In this document: piece by piece, positions 51,716-64,000 of the stretch
Layout: each line of letters starts with the position of its first letter
Position numbering within the stretch: position 1 is the stretch's first letter
NCBI GenBank assembly: GCA_030141605.1
Contig: JAQGDQ010000369.1
Location: forward strand, 1-64,000
From: Tubiluchus corallicola
Lineage: Eukaryota > Animalia > Priapulida
Length of the DNA: 64,000 nucleotides
Direction: 5' to 3'
Made by a program: the position numbers and the translations under genes
Notes under the pieces: generated by a model
What the model saw: only the letters and a program-made list of their open reading frames with translations
What the model was told of the DNA's origin: nothing
The model's database searches: none

Positions 51716-52337
51716 TATATATATATATATACAGATAATCATTTATATATAAACAGATAATTTGCGTCACGCTGTACAAATTCTTCAGTAAGCATTGCAG
51801 CTCAAATGTATGTTATGGAGGTAAGGTACACCTTTTGTATATCTTTAATATTATGTAATCATCAACGCTAATCCTAAAGAATTTTAAGATACTTTTGCTT
51901 TCAACTCTTTTCTTCATGACTAAACATACATGTTGATCCACTTCTGCTAGCTACAAGCGAAAAATTAATTTTTTTCTTCTTTGGCTCTAGGTCCTCATAA
52001 TATTAATTTTAAAGACAGTCACGTGTCTCTTCTTTCCCATTATTGAACATTATTTTATTATAAACTAACACATTCGTATAATAATTCAATTTTCATTCGT
52101 CTTAAATGCAAAATCTGATAATTTTTAATTACCTGGTACATGCGCATTAATTAATTAATTATATTAGTAACAATTCTGAGAGGGTGGCTGACCTCGATAA
52201 CTTATAGTTCTTTCGCCACCCTTTTACCACTAATCAATGATTACTTTTGCACTTTGTAATATTATTGTATGTTGTACAGATTTATAAACCTCTTAGTTAT
52301 GTATTTTGCTATTTTAAAAATGGTGATAAACTAATAA

Positions 52338-52501
<164 letters not shown>

Positions 52502-52763
52502 GTACAAATAATTAAGAATTGTGTCCACGTAAATGGTCTAGAAAAAAATGTGTCACTACGCGAAATAGACCTACCACTAATGGCTTTATAACAGTTAATA
52601 AGATCTATAGTATCACGGCGTTGTTTATTCATAGATTTATTTACGTGCAGTTTATTGTGCGTAGGTTACGTTGAATTTTTTAAATTTAATTTTAAAGTTT
52701 GAAAATAACGGGTAAAGTTTACAATTCCCCACAAACACATAAAATTAGTTCGTAAAGCGAATA

Positions 52764-53546
52764 AGGGTTATGGTTAGGCTAGGGTTAGGATTAAGTTGGG
52801 TTACGATTTGGGTTGGATAAAGATTAAGGTTAGGGTTGGGTAAGGATTACGGTTAAGGTTATGGTTAGGTTTAAGTTGGCTAGGATTAGGGTTAGATAAG
52901 GATTAAGGTTGGGGTTGGGTAAGGATTAGGGTTAACTTGGGTTAGGATAGGGGTTGGACAAGGATTAAGGTTAGGGTTGGGTAAGGATCAGGGTTAGGGT
53001 GATGGTTGGGTAAGGATTAGGGTTATGATTATGGTTAGGGTTGTGTTAAGATTAGGGTTAGGGTTGGATATGGATTAAGGTTAGGGTTGGGTTAAAGATT
53101 AGGGTTAGGGTTGGATATGGATTAAGGTTAGGGTTTGGTAAAGATCAAGGTTAGGGTTGGGTAAAGGTTAAGGTTAGGGTTGGGTAAAGATTAGGGTTAG
53201 GTTGTGTTAAGATTAGGGTTAGGGTTGGATAAGGATTAAGGTTAGGGTTGGGTAAGGATCAGGGTTAGGGTGATGGTTGGTAAGGATTAGGGTTAGGGTT
53301 GGATATGGATTAAGGTTAGGGTTTGGTAAAGATTAGGGTTAGGGTTGGATATAGATTAAGGTTAGAGTTGGATAAAGATTAAGGTTAGGGTTGGGTAAAG
53401 ATTAGGGTTAGGGTTGTATTAAGATTAGAGTTAGGGTTGGATAAGGATTAAGGTTAGAGTTGGGTAAGGATCAGGGTTAGGGTGATGGTTGGGCAAGGAT
53501 TAAGGTTAGGGTTATGGTGAGGGTTGTGTTAAGATTAGGGTTGGAT
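52764..53546 (+). repeat. Degenerate TTAGGG-like array (interstitial telomere-like minisatellite)
   Basis: Repeats of GGTTAG/GGTTGG/GATTAG/GATTAA with ~24-bp higher-order units. Confidence 0.9.
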
Positions 53547-53600
53547 AAAAAAACTAATTAGCAGTAGCTCTGTCGAAACATTTGACGTGATTTTTAACTA

Positions 53601-54009
53601 CCGTGTGTACAAGTCGACCATAAAATATTAAGATATTCTCGAGTAAACGATGTCAACAATGGCCGAGTAATAAATCTATAGCCTACTGTGTTAGTGTGTA
53701 AGATACGTGCAAGTGCTTAGGTCGAGTATATTATACCTACCCGATGTATATATATATATATATTCATGTTGAAGGCCCTCAATGCAATCCATGATAATGC
53801 AGTCTGGCTTTTTATCGCGCATAATTGTTTGGAATACCTTTAATCCTAGGATATCGCGGCCAGGATCCGTCGTAACATTTCAACATATTGGTATTGTAGG
53901 CGACTCTTTGGCGACATCTCCCAAAAACATTTCGTAAGTATAAGTCGGCCCCAAAAATTTCACCGCAAAATCGCCTCCCAAAATTCGACTTATTAATAAG
54001 TATATACGG
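53601..54009. mobile_element. pogo/Tigger-like MITE inserted into a Penelope-like fragment
   Basis: TA-CCGTGTGTAC..AAGTCGAC ... TCGACTT..GTATATACGG-TA; flanks rejoin to match 30056-30145. Confidence 0.6.
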
Positions 54010-54927
54010 TATATAAATTAAGTTTTGATAAAGTTGTGGTATTTTATCTACATCTGTTAAGAATTCAACACTAAATGTAACATATCTGTGTCAATGTCTA
54101 ATGAATTTTCGAACAGTTTTACCTTACATTATTATGTGGTCGTGTTTTTGCGTGTTTACTGTAGCAGGTGTTTGTCTGCTGGTGTTGATCGTTGACCGTT
54201 AGTGTTTAACTACCTAGCGAGGGTTGAACTTGGTTGACTTTTACTCACTGGGGTTGTTATTCAAAGCTTTCGCAAGCCGTGTTCATCATTTTGCACTCTA
54301 CGTCCACCCCATTATCTCAATAAACGTACAAGGCTTGATGTTTGCATTTACTACGGATCTTGTACCCATTTTACTACCTAGTGTAATGGGCTAGGGGTTC
54401 ACGTAAGAGAAATGTGTGCAGATGATGGTACTTTGCGCTAATGGCTTGTGTTCATATGACTGTTAAGCCTAAGGCACACTTCGGCACAAATTAGTTCTTT
54501 AAGTTAATAGCAAGCAAACTGACATTGGAGAAATGTTGGCTTTGATAGACAATTTTGCAACATTGAATTATTTATTTAATTGCTTTTTTATGGTTCAGGG
54601 CTTATAATTAGCAACTCTTGAGATAACAGAGCTTGTTAGCAACTCTTGTGTTAGCAGAGTTTGTTAGCAACTCTTTTGGTAGCAGAGTTTGTTATCAGGC
54701 CTTGTGGTATCAGACTTTATCAGCAGCGAATGTGAATGTCGTCGTCTGGATCTGTCCTCCTTAAATACTACTCTAGACAGATGACATGACCCACCTACAC
54801 ACTGCTGATGTTTTGTTATTGTCTTGTTAACACGGGCGGATCATGTGCATAGACCTTAATAGGCAGTTTACTGAATCACGCGCTCAGCTCTGCAGGCTCT
54901 TGGATGGTTGTTAGCGTAGTTGCTTTC

Positions 54928-56233
54928 TGTGGTGAATAAATTTATAAATCGATGATTTTCGATATTTTGGTATAAAGTTGCCTGCCTCCCTGATTGCATG
55001 AATAAATTTACAGATAATGCAATAAGAAACTCACTCAGCTGAAAAGCTCGGATTTAATGAACTGTAAACAGCGTAGGTTGTAAGAACTAAAAATAGCGTT
55101 TACGTCAGGACACTCTAAGATGCTTAAGATAATTAGCTAACATTAAGTTGAGACGGATGTACCGTTTATAATGAGCGATATGCACAAATTGCTAGTAATT
55201 AACGAAAACTCTGCGAGGTCATTGTTTCTTGAAGAAAGAAGACGGATACGTTTTACGGGCGTATAATGACTGCGTCCTCAGACTTGTCCCATAAATTTTG
55301 ATACCTCATGCGACGTAGAAATCGTGCAAGGTTACTGCAAGGTTACTTCAATGAAATATAAGCCCCGGGTTCGAATAACCCAGCGCTAGTTCCAGCCAGT
55401 ACCTCTCGAACGTACTGGAACAAGACACGTGCTGTGTGTACGGGAAATCACACGAGGAGGGCTATTCGACAGACGAGACGACTCTGGAAGTTCAGCGTAG
55501 ACATCTTTCTGCGTTCCTAGGATACTCTAGGCACTGGGCAACGAGAAGTCTTATATCAGCTATCGGAGTTGACCAAATTGTACTGGGTACATTGGGTCAA
55601 TCCGCAGAGTTAAGTAATCTTAACATATTGGTAAAACTGAGAATTAACTGTGCATATCGGTAGTTCGCATAAGTTCACATTGTACTATAGTGAGGATAAG
55701 TGTAAAGTATACACCTTAGGTGATTGGAATTGAAGAATTGTTCAGAGAGATACTTTTGGAAAGCTATCAAAATAGTTGTACGCGTCAAAAGCGCTTAAGG
55801 ACTAAATCTTGTAAGCTATCTAGAAGCAGTAATTATTGTAAATCAATAAAGCAATTCTCTTTGACATTTAACGATTGAGTTAATGTATGTTATCAGAGTA
55901 TTTAACTCAAGCAACACTATTTCCGATATACGAATCTGATTGGTTCGCTTAGAAGTAACTATGGCTCATATTGCGGGAGCGTAGCTAGGAAACTTGAAAG
56001 ATATAGACCTTTCTCACAACGCGAAGGTCAAGGTGAAGTTTAGATAAGACGACCATTGCTTACTAGACTGATATCCAAAGCTCTCGGAGTCAGGTGAAGG
56101 ATTCACCTTATAGCAATAAGAAATTAAGCGGACATATTAAATTCAATCTATACGATATATAGATTTAAGTCACCTTACACTATACGATCAAGATTAACGG
56201 AAACATTAGGCATTTGAATTTAGGAAGGTGATA
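54928..56233 (+). mobile_element. Solo LTR (long subfamily) with TTTC TSD
   Basis: TGTGGTGAATAAATTTATAAATCG ... GGAAGGTGATA; TTTC at 54924-54927 and 56234-56237. Diverged inverted homologue of 49920-51031; internal AATAAA at about 55845. Confidence 0.75.
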
Positions 56234-57038
56234 TTTCACATCCGGGTCCTTCTCATGAAAACTTCCTTTGATGCACGTGTGGTGTATCGCCGGTAAAGCG
56301 TAGTGTAATTATTGTCATCAATTAGTTTAATTTAATGTTTTTATTACAGGCACCGCATACCTAAGCCACACTAGTGCTCTCGTGACAGCAAAAAATAATT
56401 TACTTTTACGATTATATATATGACTTGTCATTAGGTATAGTAATTAGAGCTGACGTCGGAATGTTGTGAGGTCAGTACTCTAGTTTGAGATCGTCCTGTT
56501 CATTACCCTTAGGCTAATCTCTGTAAAAAGTCCTTACGTGTATTTGTTCTAAATTTCGCCATGTAAGACCTACTTTCCGTACGTGCAACTTTTTAGGCCA
56601 TTGTTTCTCTTGTTGATAATTGTTACCCACAACTTTATTACGAATTGCTTTCATCGGAATGGTCGTGTCAAATTGTCACTCTTAACCTTATGCTAGATTG
56701 AATGTGAGCCTATTGTACTAGCGTAAACACACATGTGATGCAGCAGTAATTACCAGCCTTCATCTACTCCATGTGTCCAAATTGTCTTTTTATGATCTCA
56801 TTTCACTTCTTTAAAGCTTTGTCTATCCACACCTTGAATTATTCATGAATCTGCACTACATCGTAAGTAGTTTTAAATGAAATATCATCGTTTAATTAAC
56901 ATGGCATTGAATTTTCGCATGCGTAATCTTGCATTTTCAGAAGATTTCTTAAAAACGGTGCTTCCAGTTTCCTACTTTTAAATTCCCGACTCTAAAGATG
57001 TTGTTATTTTGTTTCAGATGTAAGACGTGACCACACTC

Positions 57039-58568
57039 ATGGCCAACAATCAGCCACAAGAAATTCTATTCCCACCTTTATCACCATCTCCGGGATGTAC
57101 GCCAATTCCGATTTCATCTCCAGTGCATCAGACTGCAAGAATTCCTGATAGTCCGCAAGCTGTACAAAATACTCACAAGAAAATTCCTCAGCAACTTAAC
57201 TTTGATTGCAAAAGTGTAAACCAACTAGTACTTTCAAAGACGCCTACAACAAGTTCAACTAAAGGATGGACTACACTCACTGAATGGGTTTCCGTCCCGT
57301 ATGTAAAAAGAGCTGAAGTGAAATATATTTGTCTAGCAGCACTACAAGCAAGACTGCAAAAGTTATACTCTCTCCGGTTCCTTCAAAATAATGGCAATTG
57401 CAAAGCAAATAGTGGTGCCAATGAAAATGAAATAAAAATGTTTAAAAAACTGTTAAGTGGTTCTGGAATTGCTTATATGCAACAACAGGCCAAGCGAGAA
57501 AAATTTGACTTGACAGATGAATCGTCCGCAGTCCAGTACGTAAAACAGTTGGAAAACCATGTTGAAGCAGGTACGGGATCTGACCCAAATTATTTCCGTT
57601 GTGGTTGGGTTTTTGCACGAAGAAAAATTGTGCGCAATGACATATTAGTAATGCCATTTGGTTTTGTAAACAATGAAATTGTGTTTCCTTACACTTCTGA
57701 ATTAGAAATGTTTAAGAACTACAGCCAAAAAAAGAACTTCTTTGAACCATCTCAGGTTTCTTACCTGAACTCCGCATTCAAAATAATGCAGATTCCTTTG
57801 AGACTAAAACACGGGGAACCTGTCATGGTTGTAAGAATCAAAGACATTGAAGAACATTATAAAATAACAGAATATCATGGATCAGACGAAAAGCCTATTA
57901 AGGACAGACAGCAAAATCAAGGAAAAGTTGATTGCGTGTTCACTGTTGATACTGCCTGTTCGATGGAGCATCGAAACAACTTTACTAGAACGGAGGAGAC
58001 AGCAAAACGAAGGGAAAGCTATCCCAATCAACCACCAAAAAGAGTATGTGTTGACAAGATGCTACAGTCAACCTTGTCAAAAGAAACTACAGCTGCCCAA
58101 ACAATGATCGATGATTTTACAGATAAACAAGAATGCTTACTACGTGAAGATAGCACTCGCGAGTCAACCCATGTGGCAGATGGGGCACTAAAATCACTTG
58201 AACCCGTACCTCCGTACAAATATGTTTTCGTCAAATTCGAATATGATTCGAATATTGACATGCTGTTTTGCGTAAACAGCGAAGCGTTCGCTTACAAAGA
58301 AACTCTGGTTACTCCAATAGATTTAGTTCTTAAATCTAAATTGCTTTTTGATAACATAACCTCTTTCGAGTCATTCATGCAAATTCTTGAACAAGATGTG
58401 AACATTAGTTTAATGAAAGCGAACTCACTGCAACTTGATTTGATGAATAAAGAACTCAAAAAGCTGGACCAGAATTTCTGTACTAATGGCATATTAATTG
58501 ATATTGAAAAATTAAGAGATTCATTTTCCAAAATCAAAAAAGCTTTGAAGAAACGACTGAAATTTTGA
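57039..58568 (+). CDS. Intronless uncharacterised protein, ~509 aa, with three similar globular modules
   Basis: Long uninterrupted ORF with first ATG at 57039. It follows a strong acceptor (TTTTGTTTCAG, ending 57017) and a candidate donor GTAAGT at 56863, suggesting a 5'UTR intron. Pro/Ser-rich N-terminus; AATAAA at about 58607. No transposase or RT motifs seen. Confidence 0.75.
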   Translation: MANNQPQEILFPPLSPSPGCTPIPISSPVHQTARIPDSPQAVQNTHKKIPQQLNFDCKSVNQLVLSKTPTTSSTKGWTTLTEWVSVPYVKRAEVKYICLAALQARLQKLYSLRFLQNNGNCKANSGANENEIKMFKKLLSGSGIAYMQQQAKREKFDLTDESSAVQYVKQLENHVEAGTGSDPNYFRCGWVFARRKIVRNDILVMPFGFVNNEIVFPYTSELEMFKNYSQKKNFFEPSQVSYLNSAFKIMQIPLRLKHGEPVMVVRIKDIEEHYKITEYHGSDEKPIKDRQQNQGKVDCVFTVDTACSMEHRNNFTRTEETAKRRESYPNQPPKRVCVDKMLQSTLSKETTAAQTMIDDFTDKQECLLREDSTRESTHVADGALKSLEPVPPYKYVFVKFEYDSNIDMLFCVNSEAFAYKETLVTPIDLVLKSKLLFDNITSFESFMQILEQDVNISLMKANSLQLDLMNKELKKLDQNFCTNGILIDIEKLRDSFSKIKKALKKRLKF

Positions 58569-58713
58569 TATTTCTGCCAAATCTTGTCTAATCGATCTTG
58601 AACATTAATAAATGATTAAAATATTAATATTCTGTAAATTATTTTTATCTTAATTATAAAGATTATTGTTATTATTATTGACACAAACCTGCAATTATTT
58701 GAATTTTCATACC

Positions 58714-58948
58714 GAAACTGAAAAATAGGAAATGTGAAAAAATTAAAGCACAGTTTGAATTTGATCCAGTGACCTTCTGGTTACATGGCAAGTCAACGAG
58801 TAATGTAATGGGAATGTAATGTAATGCAATGGTCATGTAATGTAATGTAATGCAATGTAACGTCCTAAATGATTAAGGGAAACAAAAGGTCAATGGTTCA
58901 AATTCAGTCTGTCTTACATCTTTTTCACATTTCTTATTTTTAAGTTTA
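58714..58948. mobile_element. Degenerate hairpin/MITE with an internal (GTAAT)n
   Basis: AAACTGAAAAATAGGAAATGTGAAAAA...TGAATTTGATCCAGTGACCT versus AGGTCAATGGTTCAAATTCA...TTTTTCACATTTCTTATTTTTAAGTTT. Confidence 0.5.
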
Positions 58949-59486
58949 ATTTCTAATAATAGAGTTCGTACCACCAATAAAACAGCATGTCAACATTCGA
59001 AACATTCGAGTCAACACTTCACTTTTTCAAAATCCACTTTTCCTTGATTTTGCTGTCTGAAGAAGTCCTTAATAGGCTTCTCGTCTGATCCATGAAAGCA
59101 TTTGGTACATGGATTTTAATTACTACACATTACAGCTTTAGTACACAGCACATTGGTGAAATCTGCATCGCTGTTCCCTTGACAGTAGAGCAAAACTGAA
59201 TCTTAACATTTTTTGCAAAGAACATTTCACTTACGCTCTAAAGGGGGGAGAGCTGGCTCACACGGAAACTAGGAAATTTCCCAGTGGGTTTTGATGTGAT
59301 ATTTATTCATTTTAAAATGTCTATTTGCATTGTGCTTAACTGCCTCATTTGCTCTTACTTTAAAATGATTTGCCAAATTATGTTGCATAATAATATGTGC
59401 TTAGCTAATATATATAATATATATATATATATAATGTATGTATGTATGTATGTATGTATGTATGTATGTATGTATGTATGTATGTG

Positions 59487-61222
59487 TGACTCCATCCCAG
59501 CTGAAATATATGCAAACGGCGGCCCTAAACTACCGACAAAACTGACGGAGCTGTTCCAATTTATGTGGAAACAAGAAAAACTACCGCAAGACTTCAAAGA
59601 TGCCACAATCATCCACCTCTATAAGCGGAAAGGAAACAGACAGCAGTGCGACAATCACAGGGGCATCTCACTCCTATCGATTGCTGGCAAAATCCTGGCA
59701 AGAATTCTTCTAGATCGTCTCAACACACACCTAGAGAAAGATCTTCTACCTGAAAGTCAGTGTGGCTTTAGACAGGGACGCAGCACAGTTGATATGATCT
59801 TTGCAGTGCGGCAGCTGCAAGAAAAATCCAGAGAACAACATGTCAACCTACTGACAACCTTCGTTGACCTCACTAAGGCCTTCGACACTGTGTCTCGCGA
59901 AGGACTCTGGAAAATCATGGCTAAATTTGGATGCCCTGACAAGTTTATAAAGCTGATCAGAGAATTCCATGATGGTATGCAAGCGACAGTTCAGGACAAC
60001 GGGAAATATTCAGACCCATTCGCAGTCTCCAACGGCGTAAAACAGGGCTGTGTGCTGGCACCGACTCTCTTCAGCATGATGTTCTCCGCAATGCTCACCG
60101 ATGCATACAGAGACAGGAATGTCGGTATTGACATCCGTTACAGGACAGATGGAAAACTTTTCAATCTTCGCAGACTGCAGGCCAAGACCAAAGTCAAAGA
60201 AGACACCATCCGTGACCTCTTGTTTGCAGACGACTGCGCTCTCAATGCCACCTCAGAGCAAGACATGCAGGAAAGTGTTAACCTCTTTGCACAGGCATGC
60301 GATGATTTTGGCCTCACTATTAACACAAAAAAGACAGAGGTCCTACTTCAGCCTGCCCCTGACAGCACATATGTAGAACCAACCATCACTATCAAAAATG
60401 AGAAACTGACGGCAGCCAACAAGTTCGTTTACTTGGGTAGCACCCTATCAAGATCAGCTACCATTGATGATGAAGCAGCCTTCAGAATATCAAGAGCCAG
60501 TGCAGCCTTTGGAAACCTAAGAACAACATGCTGGGAAAGACGAGGCATCAAGCTGTCAACTAAACTCAAAGTATACAATGCTGTAGTCATTCCATCTCTG
60601 CTGTATGCCTGCGAGTCGTGGACAGTCTATAGTCGCCATGCCAGACAACTAAACTCCTTCCACCTGCGTTGTCTAAGACGACTCCTCAAGATCAGCTGGC
60701 AGGACTACATACCAGACACTGAAGTCCTCGAGAGAGCACAATCCATCAGTGTTCATGCAATGCTTAAGGCAGCACAACTGAAATGGGCTGGTCATGTTCG
60801 ACGTATGGAAGATCACAGACTGCCAAAGAGACTCATGTACTGCGAGCTGAAAGAAGGGCAACGGTCAGTTGGAGGGCAACGGAAAAGATACAAAGACACC
60901 CTCAAAGCCAGCCTGAAAGAATGCAACATCAATGTCGACTCCTGGGAAGATGTGGCACAGGAGAGATCACGTTGGCGGTCCCTCATCAAATCGGGAGTGA
61001 GCAACTATGAGTCCAGGCGCATCCAAGTTAGGCAGGAGAAAAGACAGCTTCGAAAAGACAGACAACGCAATGCCTATCAAGATACACCATTCTCATGTCC
61101 TCACTGCAGGAGGAGGTTCTCAGCAAAAATCGGGCTTATAAGCCACCTCCGTACCCATCCTATGGCGTCAGAATGAAGTCATGGTCCTCTTCGACTATGA
61201 AGGACGAACTACTACTACTACT
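59487..61222 (+). mobile_element. 5'-truncated RTE-clade non-LTR retrotransposon (RT domain + C-terminal C2H2 finger)
   Basis: Open frame to a stop at 61176 with KGNRQQCDNHRGISLLSIAGK, QCGFRQGRSTVDMIF, FVDLTKAFDTV, GVKQGCVLAPTLF, LFADD and CPHCRRRFSAKIGLISHLRTH. Short 3'UTR then an (ACT)n tail. No endonuclease domain. Flanked both sides by (TATG)n. Confidence 0.93.
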
Positions 61223-61269
61223 ATGTATGTATGTATGTATGTATGTATGTATGTATGTATGTATGTATG

Positions 61270-61302
<33 letters not shown>

Positions 61303-64000
61303 TATATTTGATGTATATATGTATGTATGTATGTATTTATATAATAAAATAGTAATTAAAATTGAATCAAATATCTAGTAATGTAGCAAATTTTGTTACT
61401 AAAAAATACAGTTTTATCCATGTCTCCGTGCAGTTTTAAGAAAACGATTAATATATTTTGTAAAAAGTATGTAAATTTCTTGTAAATTTCGCGTGTTTTG
61501 TTTTACGGTATGTTTTCTTATGCTATAACAAAGAGGAGTTAGCATTTAGTTAAGTATCTAGCAATGTATGGCAAATTGTGTTATTAAAGAATACGATTTT
61601 ATTCATGTGTATTATGTTTTTAAGCCAACTGTTAATTTATTCGTTTGTAAATAGTGCCTACATTTATACGTGTGTTTATATTTTTTGTATATATTTTACC
61701 TACCTTTCTGTCGTCATAAAGAAAAATTTAGACTGACTTGAATACCAAAAATGTAGCAAAATATTTTACTTAAATAATAGTAATTGCAGACTTTTGTTTA
61801 TTTCTGTTTGCTAATTTGAATATATTTGTTGTTATTAAAACGTCTCATGGATTGCTGTGCAACCTGTACATCTATTTCCATGCCCTTTGTCGGATTTGTC
61901 CATGCAGCTTAGTTGTACATTATTAAGTTTACCACCTCATAACTTTGCTCAAGTGGTATTAGTTTATCAGTATTTTAAATACTTCTGTTAGCTATAGTTA
62001 GAGTTTGGAGTTCAAGCTTTCAAGTATAGATTTTTTGGATTTGTGCACATGATCACGTGCACGTGCCGTGCATTTGAAGCTCTGGTCATCTAGATAGTTA
62101 ATGGGGGTTTTATAGGCTGCTGGCGTGAGAAGCAATACAACTTTAGTGTGGGAAATTGGTCAGAGCGTTTTTTCCCCAAGATTTCCTTCCAATGGCAAGA
62201 CACCCTAATCGGTCTGAGAATGCGTTTCGTGTATATATATAATTCTTGAGTTGAGTATACTGCCTGCGATGGGAATATTTTTGTAGACATTTTCGTAGGC
62301 GCCGAATGTCGTCCTGTTAATAGGGCGATTTTAGTCAATATTGCAATGCTTATGAGTATCTATTTGTCTTCAAAAGGAGTCAATTTTCCTATATAAGAAG
62401 GGGTCTGTCTGAAGTTATTACCAAAGTTGTTCTTCAGCGAGAGTGTGTGGTTTAGTCTGTAACAATCTGTAAACAATCTGAAATAAAAATTATAAGAATG
62501 GAGGGTTTTGCGCAACAACCGTGTAATGGTTCTATTCGTGACAGCCGTCATCTATTCGTACTAGGCATTCGAATTGCAGACGAAAGGCTGCCTTTGGAAA
62601 TGCGGGAGGTACAAAATGGATTAAGGCGTGAACTAAGTCGTAATCAATCGTTTACGTGGCAGTATAGCCTGGCCTTTGGAAAGTCCGTTATGGATGGGGT
62701 AAATCATTATTATTTTTTAATTAATTTCTTGCTAAAATCGAAGTCGAAAATAGGTCGCTACATTTATGACTTTTATGCTAGAATCAAACTAATTAATTTT
62801 CAAAAGTAAAGGGCTTTGCTTTATAGTCGCTAGTCGCGCCTTTATTATTTAAGAAGTTATCTACCAAGGGGCATATTAACCAATAGGCTAACTAGGCTAT
62901 AACCTAGGGCGACAAAGTTTGAAGGGCGTCACATTTTAGAAAAAATTCTTATTCCGTCGAAAAATTTCTATACTTTCATATTCACGTAAGGGCGCATTTT
63001 ACAACACACCACAGACAGTTGCTGAACGCAACTCTTATATAAGTGCCACATAACGAACAGATGCAAGGTATTACACACAACAAGCAGTTGCGCAGCTTTC
63101 TTGAGCCTAGGGCGTCGCAAAGTGTTAATACGCACTTCAGTCTACCCAAATGTTCTAAGAAGACCCAAGAAATACCGGAATCAAAAGAAAAAGCAAAAAC
63201 GGTTTTACGACGTACTTAATCTAAACTTACAAGATAATGTTGTCAGATTGTTTTATTAAAAATCGTTTTGAGAAATAATAGACAGGTGTCGCTGTGAAAC
63301 CTGACTTGTAACTACACTTCAATAACTTAGCGTGCTCAATATATACGATTTGGTTTATCAGGTAAGGTTAATGTCTGCTTACAAACCATGAAATCTTTTA
63401 TAACGAAGATCGTGTTACTGAACTCGAGAAACGTTGCGCAAATGTTATGCGCGGTTACGAAAGAAAACGTTTGTTAAACGAGCATTTAAGAAGTTCAAAT
63501 AACTTCTGCCGTAGGGCGTAAAGGGGTAAAGGGGGTAAAAGGTCGTAGAGCTTTACGCAATGTTTAATTAGCAATAATCTTGAGGCTAAAGTAAGAGACC
63601 GAATTGAAAATAGGTTGTCCACACTACAGATTTGAATTTCTTATTCTTGCATCAATATAAGATATTAATAATTACACGTACAAATGTTTTACCCCTTCCC
63701 AAGGTAGTATGTGCATTAGAAGCCACAATATATTAGACTGTAGTTCAACTAGCTAGACTACTTTTTCTATTCTGACATTGTGTAGGTGAACTTTGTTATG
63801 TATAAACGTCTCTGTTACCTTTAAAATTTGACTTGTAATTATGCTGCTACTGCTACCTTTTACTGACATTCTGGCTTTTTCTCGACTCAATATTGGACCA
63901 ACAATGTATGTATGCATTTTAGCTTTTTAGTGTAACGTAGTAATCTGTAGCACTTATTTTTCTAGCACTTATTTCAGTAGATTTGTAGAGATAATAATTG

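Noticed and set aside
59284-59486. N-terminal extension of the 630-aa RT ORF
   Set aside because: Chance read-through of host flank and (TATG)n; the element starts at about 59487.

Overview
AT-rich, intron- and repeat-rich animal genomic DNA, probably a marine invertebrate (inferred, not proven). Four host genes were rebuilt by hand from splice signals and reading frame. (1) A CFAP157-like ciliary coiled-coil gene on the minus strand, 7 coding exons, 12629->2321, 3' end unresolved. (2) A complete 7-exon PIGC gene on the plus strand, 13310-21015, head-to-head with CFAP157 across a ~0.7 kb region holding an RFX X-box-like site; intron 5 appears to need a GC donor. (3) A large minus-strand receptor gene (>=44491->23504) whose phase 1-1 exons encode about 7 LDLa modules, a somatomedin-B domain, Cys-rich spacers and a secretin/Methuselah-like 7TM with no visible GPS motif. 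This is the most unusual item. (4) An intronless ~509-aa ORF (57039-58568) of unknown function, downstream of a solo LTR, with inverted fragments of itself in its 3' flank. The rest is a 5'-truncated RTE LINE inside a (TATG)n tract, a solo-LTR family with 4-bp TSDs, many MITEs, a Penelope-like fragment with a hammerhead-like core, CR1/L2 remnants, minisatellites and a degenerate TTAGGG array. A perfect 60-bp inverted repeat brackets CFAP157 exons 4-5. No database searches were run; family names come from remembered motifs.
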